Shown: in pieces, positions 39,265 to 43,915 of the stretch
Layout of the letters: the number at the start of each line of letters is the position of its first letter
Position numbering within the stretch: position 1 is the first letter of the stretch
IMG/VR virus record: IMGVR_UViG_3300026383_000001
Span: 1-43,915 of that record
DNA: 43,915 nucleotides
Direction: 5' to 3' (one strand)
Source of the DNA: a virus
The notes under the pieces: generated by a model
What the model saw: the letters and a program-made list of their open reading frames with translations, nothing else
Database searches by the model: none
Told to the model about the DNA's origin: nothing
Position numbers and translations under genes: made by a program

Positions 39265-41585
39265 GCTCGTCTCCTTAACGCTCTGAACTGCGTAACATAT
39301 TCAATATCGAGAATGCGCATATCAGTCTCCCGGTCACATCGGAATGTGGTCACGGTGTTCTGAGCCAGCGCGCGGACTGGGACAATAATCTTGCCCATGC
39401 TGGTTTCCAGCGCCTTGTCAGGCACCAGGTCAATGCTACTGTACAACAGACCAGAGAACTCACCGTCCTGAATCTCACGGGATGTATCCAACACCTCAAT
39501 GTCGAAGGCGCCAGTATCCTGCACCGTAAGCTCGTACCGGACAAGCAACGACTTACTGGTGCCGATAACCACGCCATTCTGGTCACGCATCAATGGCGGG
39601 GTGGGTGTGAGTACGCTAGCAAAGCGGAAACCTACCAGATACGTTCCATCCGGCACGTTCCTGACCATCTGCACTACCCAGGTGGTAGTATTGATACTCT
39701 CAATACCATTCCATTTATGCCCGTTGCCGCTTTGTACCACCAGCTGGTAGCCAGTCATGTACAAAGAGCGGAGGTACGGTGGTAGAATGAATTGTCCGTT
39801 AGAGACGGTCACCTGCTGGTACATATCCGAGAAGGGTCGTTGTAGCCCACCGACCGTTTCACCCGCCTGTGGCTCAATGGTTACCACCATAATGGTATTA
39901 TCCACACGTAGGCCGATGTAGATACGGTCACGTACGAACCAAGTAGTAGCAATAGGCGCAGGGAGTGTCCACTGGTGCCAGGCACTCTGTACTTTCTCAT
40001 CACCAGACCACAAGTAGTTCTGCACGAACAGACTCTGATTATCCCCCGTGCAGAGGAACAGTGCAGAGTTTGATGTGGTACTGGCTGTGATACTACGCAC
40101 ACGCCCTGGTAGGTACCTGGGAATGTGGGATGTAATATCATTCGAGGTGTACTGAGAGTCCGTGGTGTTGCTCGGAATCATCTCCAGGATACCGGCGTAC
40201 GCCTCAGTGCGGGGAATTCCGTACAGGACACTACGGCCGACTACGCCTGGTTGAGCAAGCACGTCGGTGCTGTACTGGCTAGTAATCACAATCTGCGCAG
40301 TCGCCGGGGTGATAGCAGCGTTGCCGCTCGGCACCACGGCCTGGCACGAGCGACTGAATAGCAGCAAGTCCTTGTTGAACTGCACACATGCTCGAAAGTC
40401 GGTGCTGGTAGCCGCGCCGGAGTAGATGCCGATAGGGTCGTCATTTACCAGCGAAGTTACCGTGCTACGCCACCAACGCAGCGGATGCCCAGCACCGGAC
40501 ATGGCAACCTCTGGGCCAGCCAGGATTACCAGGCGGCCTTGGAAGGCACCGAAGCCTGTAATGCCGTTCGTCAGGAAAGCGGGGTTCTCGTTTGTTGTGT
40601 CGGAACCTGCAAGGCGGCCCTCATACGTGGGGGTTTCTACAGTGAAGTTTCCATCAAGGGAGAACCGTATAGGCATATTCGCTAATCCGCTCGGGCTGTT
40701 GTACGCACCTACTTCCACCCACACGCTGGTGCTGTAATTGTATGCGTACCAGACAAAGTTGCGCTCTACCGTGCCTACCGCACACATCATACCATCACTA
40801 TCGGAGGGGAGGCGGGCAGGTAAGTCTGTGGTTAGGGCTACTCGGCTGTCGTTGCTCCAACCCACATAAGTGCTGCCGGAGTTGGATGTGGCGTTAACAG
40901 TAGCTACTGAGCTATGCAGACTCACGTATGAGTTGCGCACAACAACCAGCAGGTTAGCACCAGCCTTAGCTTCCAGGTCATTAGCAAGCTGCTGGGCGAT
41001 ATAAGCCGGCGTAGTCTTCTCGGCATCTCCCTCGGTTTGCCCATTAGGGGTTTGGTAAGTACCCGTCCAAGTACCCGCCGAGGTACTCACAGTAATATCA
41101 TACGCCTTATCGAACACACCCGTCTTTACGAAAAAGAAGCCAGTCATAGCAGGATTCTGCCTACCAGCGTTGTCGTAGGTTGCCGTAGGAACCTTGGAGG
41201 TGTTTGCAATGTACAGGTGCCCCCGTAGAGAGGCCGTCTGGATATTGCTGGCAGCAGGGGCCACCAGATAAGGGTTCGTGATATTCACGGGAACTACGCT
41301 GAAGTCCTCATTAAGAATAATCAAGCGCCCTGATGCTGTATTAATAATGACATGATAAACGGTATCTTCAACGTCCACATAGGTGCTGAAGACTTTATTC
41401 ACGTCGGATACGTCATCCATCAGTAGTTGGGAAACGAAGCGTGCGCCTGGTCGGCGCCGCATACCGTTCACCACATCGGATAACATGTTAACTTGGGTGG
41501 ACACTTGGCCGTCCAGACGTTCACGCGGAACCTGCTGGGACACGCCCTGCATCAGGGATTTAATCGCGCCGTCTAAGGCAGCCAT
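39261..41585 (-). CDS. Tail tubular protein B (T7 gp12-like)
   Basis: 774-aa ORF following tail tubular A. SD AAGGAG. Confidence 0.85.
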   Translation of the reverse strand: MAALDGAIKSLMQGVSQQVPRERLDGQVSTQVNMLSDVVNGMRRRPGARFVSQLLMDDVSDVNKVFSTYVDVEDTVYHVIINTASGRLIILNEDFSVVPVNITNPYLVAPAASNIQTASLRGHLYIANTSKVPTATYDNAGRQNPAMTGFFFVKTGVFDKAYDITVSTSAGTWTGTYQTPNGQTEGDAEKTTPAYIAQQLANDLEAKAGANLLVVVRNSYVSLHSSVATVNATSNSGSTYVGWSNDSRVALTTDLPARLPSDSDGMMCAVGTVERNFVWYAYNYSTSVWVEVGAYNSPSGLANMPIRFSLDGNFTVETPTYEGRLAGSDTTNENPAFLTNGITGFGAFQGRLVILAGPEVAMSGAGHPLRWWRSTVTSLVNDDPIGIYSGAATSTDFRACVQFNKDLLLFSRSCQAVVPSGNAAITPATAQIVITSQYSTDVLAQPGVVGRSVLYGIPRTEAYAGILEMIPSNTTDSQYTSNDITSHIPRYLPGRVRSITASTTSNSALFLCTGDNQSLFVQNYLWSGDEKVQSAWHQWTLPAPIATTWFVRDRIYIGLRVDNTIMVVTIEPQAGETVGGLQRPFSDMYQQVTVSNGQFILPPYLRSLYMTGYQLVVQSGNGHKWNGIESINTTTWVVQMVRNVPDGTYLVGFRFASVLTPTPPLMRDQNGVVIGTSKSLLVRYELTVQDTGAFDIEVLDTSREIQDGEFSGLLYSSIDLVPDKALETSMGKIIVPVRALAQNTVTTFRCDRETDMRILDIEYVTQFRALRRRA

Positions 41586-41594
41586 AGTATCTCC

Positions 41595-42152
41595 TTAACC
41601 TAATAGTGCGTTACGGTACTTACGGTAACCACGGCGGCTGCGGGTGTTGTACTGCATGTTCCGCATGTGCAGGGTTTCCATAGTCAGGTAAGCTGTTTGC
41701 TCGTTCTGGATGTGGTCGGATACGCTGGAGTCATTCCCGAAGTCACCCACGTACATAGCACGGACAGCGCGGTACGTTACCACGGTTGCCACGCACTCCG
41801 GCAGGTCTTCGAAGTCCACATCATACATTACGATGAGGTCTACGGGGCCGGGAAACAGCTGGGTGTTATCGGTGACGTTGAACAGCATACGCCCACGCAT
41901 TGTGTAAACTTTCATACCGCACGCGTCTTGTACGGTCAGTGCATCCACCGGATACTCCACACGCCCCTCGTCATTCGGGTACATACGGACGCGGGTGGTA
42001 TTGAACCACTTACCGGATTCAAGCAGAGCACGCTGCTTGATAGCGATAGTGCTCAGAGCCAGGTCAACGGTAGGGTGTCGAATGTCTGTGCTCGATACAC
42101 GGGTTTCCCCGAGTGCATGGAGGCACAGGTTAACGCTCTCTAGTAAAGTCAT
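41595..42152 (-). CDS. Tail tubular protein A (T7 gp11-like)
   Basis: 185-aa ORF downstream of the capsid gene. SD AGGAGG. Confidence 0.85.
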   Translation of the reverse strand: MTLLESVNLCLHALGETRVSSTDIRHPTVDLALSTIAIKQRALLESGKWFNTTRVRMYPNDEGRVEYPVDALTVQDACGMKVYTMRGRMLFNVTDNTQLFPGPVDLIVMYDVDFEDLPECVATVVTYRAVRAMYVGDFGNDSSVSDHIQNEQTAYLTMETLHMRNMQYNTRSRRGYRKYRNALLG

Positions 42153-42175
42153 AGTGCCTCCTGTAGTGTATAATC

Positions 42176-42198
42176 AAGCCCTCCCGCAGGAGAGCTTT
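42176..42198 (-). terminator. Hairpin terminator/attenuator candidate after the major capsid gene
   Basis: The mRNA strand reads AAGCUCUCC-ugcg-GGAGGGCUU (9 bp including one G-U) followed by GAUUAUAC. Its position is analogous to T7 Tphi after gene 10. Confidence 0.45.
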
Positions 42199-42206
42199 GT
42201 TATACC

Positions 42207-43214
42207 TTACGACTGAGGAACCAGCTTAACAGCGAAGCTGGTGTCTGGGCGGCGCTGGCCAATGGTGTACAGCGTGAAGGTGTCCAGAATGTCCGAGAAG
42301 TTCGGGTTGTCTGGGTACTTGTTGTGGGTCATTGGCTTGGCCTCAACAGTAACCAGGGTCATGCGCGGGTGGTACACTACCATCTCACATGCCACGTCGT
42401 CGGCGTCCACGTTGAAGGATGCGCCCAGTGGGTGGTTAGAGATAGCTGCTTTCGGGAAGCGAGCGGATTCGATGATACGAATGCCATTCAGCATACCAAC
42501 ACGACGTGCAGCGAAGTCGCCGTTACCTGCGGAGTAGTCCACGTTGATGAGCTTCTTGGAGTGCATCAGCACGCCGAACACACGCGGGGACACCACGGTG
42601 ATGAACTCAGTCAGGGAACCGCCCAGGTCGCGGTTAATCATCTCCTCTACGCCAGCAGCGTGAGCAGCAATCAGGTTAGAAGCGAACTTCTCCTTGTCTG
42701 CATCAGCATCCGCGGTGGCGGTAGGGATGATTGCGGTGTACTCTTTACCGTCGTAGAACGCCGGTTTCAGGTGTTCAGGGGCAATCCACTTACGGGCCTT
42801 CTGCAGCTGAATCAGGTGCGCCTGGTCGAACAGCTTCGCGTGCTCGGTACCGTGGTTGGTACCAATCTCAGACCAGCGGTCTGGCGAAGTCCAGTCATCC
42901 TGCCAGTCCATGACAGTACTTGCGTACGTCACGGTATCAACAGTGATAACCAGCTTGTCGTTCTTCACAGACTCACGTTCCAGCTTCTCACCGACACCAC
43001 GGCCCTTAACGGACACGGTGTTCATACGGTCGAGGCGAGCGGTGTTAGACGCGTCCTGCACCGAGATGAAACCGGAGTTGGAGCGGAAGAACGAGTTGTA
43101 CACGAACGCCGTGTCAACGTCGCCCTGGAATACCTCTAAGTGAATATCAGCGTCTGAATCCGGGCCAGCCCAGTGGGTACGAGTCAGGTCTGCTGCATAT
43201 GGGGTTTGTGCCAT
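42207..43214 (-). CDS. Major capsid protein (T7 gp10-like)
   Basis: 335-aa ORF after the scaffold gene, with a strong SD (AAGGAGA) and a hairpin downstream. Confidence 0.9.
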   Translation of the reverse strand: MAQTPYAADLTRTHWAGPDSDADIHLEVFQGDVDTAFVYNSFFRSNSGFISVQDASNTARLDRMNTVSVKGRGVGEKLERESVKNDKLVITVDTVTYASTVMDWQDDWTSPDRWSEIGTNHGTEHAKLFDQAHLIQLQKARKWIAPEHLKPAFYDGKEYTAIIPTATADADADKEKFASNLIAAHAAGVEEMINRDLGGSLTEFITVVSPRVFGVLMHSKKLINVDYSAGNGDFAARRVGMLNGIRIIESARFPKAAISNHPLGASFNVDADDVACEMVVYHPRMTLVTVEAKPMTHNKYPDNPNFSDILDTFTLYTIGQRRPDTSFAVKLVPQS

Positions 43215-43227
43215 GTTTTAAATCTCC

Positions 43228-43915
43228 TTATTTACCAAGTTGTTTGCCGATACGGCGTAAATCCATCAGGCGAGCCAGGTCTTGCTTGTGCGTGCGGGAC
43301 ATAGGGTTCAGCTTGCGACGGGCCTCAGTGAACTGCTCATAGCTCAGTCCTTGAGAATCCGCGATGCCTGCATCACCGATACGACGCTGCGCGCCCTGTA
43401 CCAGACCACCAGATGACTTGCCGTACTCCACAATCAACGAGGCTGCTTCTTTCACAGTATCTGCGTCGTTGGAGTCCAGCATCTGACGAATGACATTCTG
43501 CATACCCTGAGGAGCGTGCTCCTTGAATAATGCGACCGCCTTGGAGAATTGCTCCTCCCCACCACCAAGAGCATGTACCTCGGCCAGGAGCTTCTGCCCA
43601 GCTTCAATCTCATACTCCATTACTGCCTCGGCCAGGGCAATAGCCTGGTCAGAGTTCTCTCCGAAGCGTTCCTTCAGGAACGCACGGTCAATCAGTCGAG
43701 CATCACCAGAGGCGTATGCTTGCTCCAGAGCACGGCTAATGTCGTCCTCAGTAGCGCCTGCCACCTTAACGAAGGACTGCACAGCAATGTCCAGCGCCTT
43801 GTTGCCAGTTGGTTTAACGGCAGCAGGAGCGGGCTTGTCTTTGTCCTCGGCGCTTGCAGGTACAGCCGGCACGTCGGCGGGCTTATCCGCTGGCTTGTCT
43901 GCTGGTGTCTCGGTG
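43228..43915 (-). CDS. Scaffolding protein, C-terminal segment (the 5' end runs off the window and continues at 1..276)
   Basis: The reading frame is open to the window edge. The track ORF 43228..43872 starts at an internal GTG. The overlap with bases 1-127 joins it in frame to the ATG at 276. Confidence 0.8.
   Translation of the reverse strand, partial: TETPADKPADKPADVPAVPASAEDKDKPAPAAVKPTGNKALDIAVQSFVKVAGATEDDISRALEQAYASGDARLIDRAFLKERFGENSDQAIALAEAVMEYEIEAGQKLLAEVHALGGGEEQFSKAVALFKEHAPQGMQNVIRQMLDSNDADTVKEAASLIVEYGKSSGGLVQGAQRRIGDAGIADSQGLSYEQFTEARRKLNPMSRTHKQDLARLMDLRRIGKQLGK
43789..43915. repeat. Terminal overlap copy 2, identical to 1..127
   Basis: Exact 127-bp identity with the window start. 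Confidence 0.9.

Noticed and set aside
42207-42260. T7-style programmed frameshift at the end of the capsid gene (10A/10B)
   Set aside because: No slippery heptamer or extended alternative frame is evident before the stop. The downstream hairpin is better explained as a terminator.

Overview
The window is a complete, circularly closed genome of a T7-supergroup podophage (Autographiviridae). It has 43,788 unique bp plus a 127-bp assembly overlap: bases 1-127 equal 43789-43915. Every credible gene lies on the minus strand, so plus-strand ORFs in the track are antisense shadows. Gene order is phiKMV-like. Reading the minus strand from the non-coding junction (about 23860 down to 22650), the layout is as follows. 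(1) An A-depleted junction tract and two sigma70-type early promoters. (2) Early genes: an HNH endonuclease, small ORFs, a SAM-methyltransferase, a 551-aa ORFan and an M28-like metallopeptidase. (3) A replication block: primase, DnaB-like helicase, ATP ligase, family-A DNA polymerase, 5'-3' exonuclease, endonuclease VII, metallophosphoesterase, HAD phosphatase and a dNTP pyrophosphohydrolase, interspersed with three more HNH endonucleases. (4) The single-subunit RNA polymerase at the end of that block. (5) Across the window origin, the structural genes: portal, scaffold (split by the origin), capsid, tail tubular A/B, three internal virion proteins and a tail fibre. (6) Terminase small and large subunits. 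(7) A lysis cassette of unimolecular spanin, holin and SAR endolysin. (8) A second beta-helix tailspike. A u-spanin plus a second receptor-binding gene after the lysis cassette is the arrangement described for KP34-like Klebsiella phages (Drulisvirus). That assignment is inference only and needs a database search. The most unusual signals are these. A phage-promoter motif occurs three times, and one copy is inverted relative to all genes, firing into a roughly 480-nt strand-asymmetric tract. An early methyltransferase / ORFan / metallopeptidase module has no assigned role. Several early-region reading frames continue in the +1 frame. No tRNA, rRNA or CRISPR array was seen.
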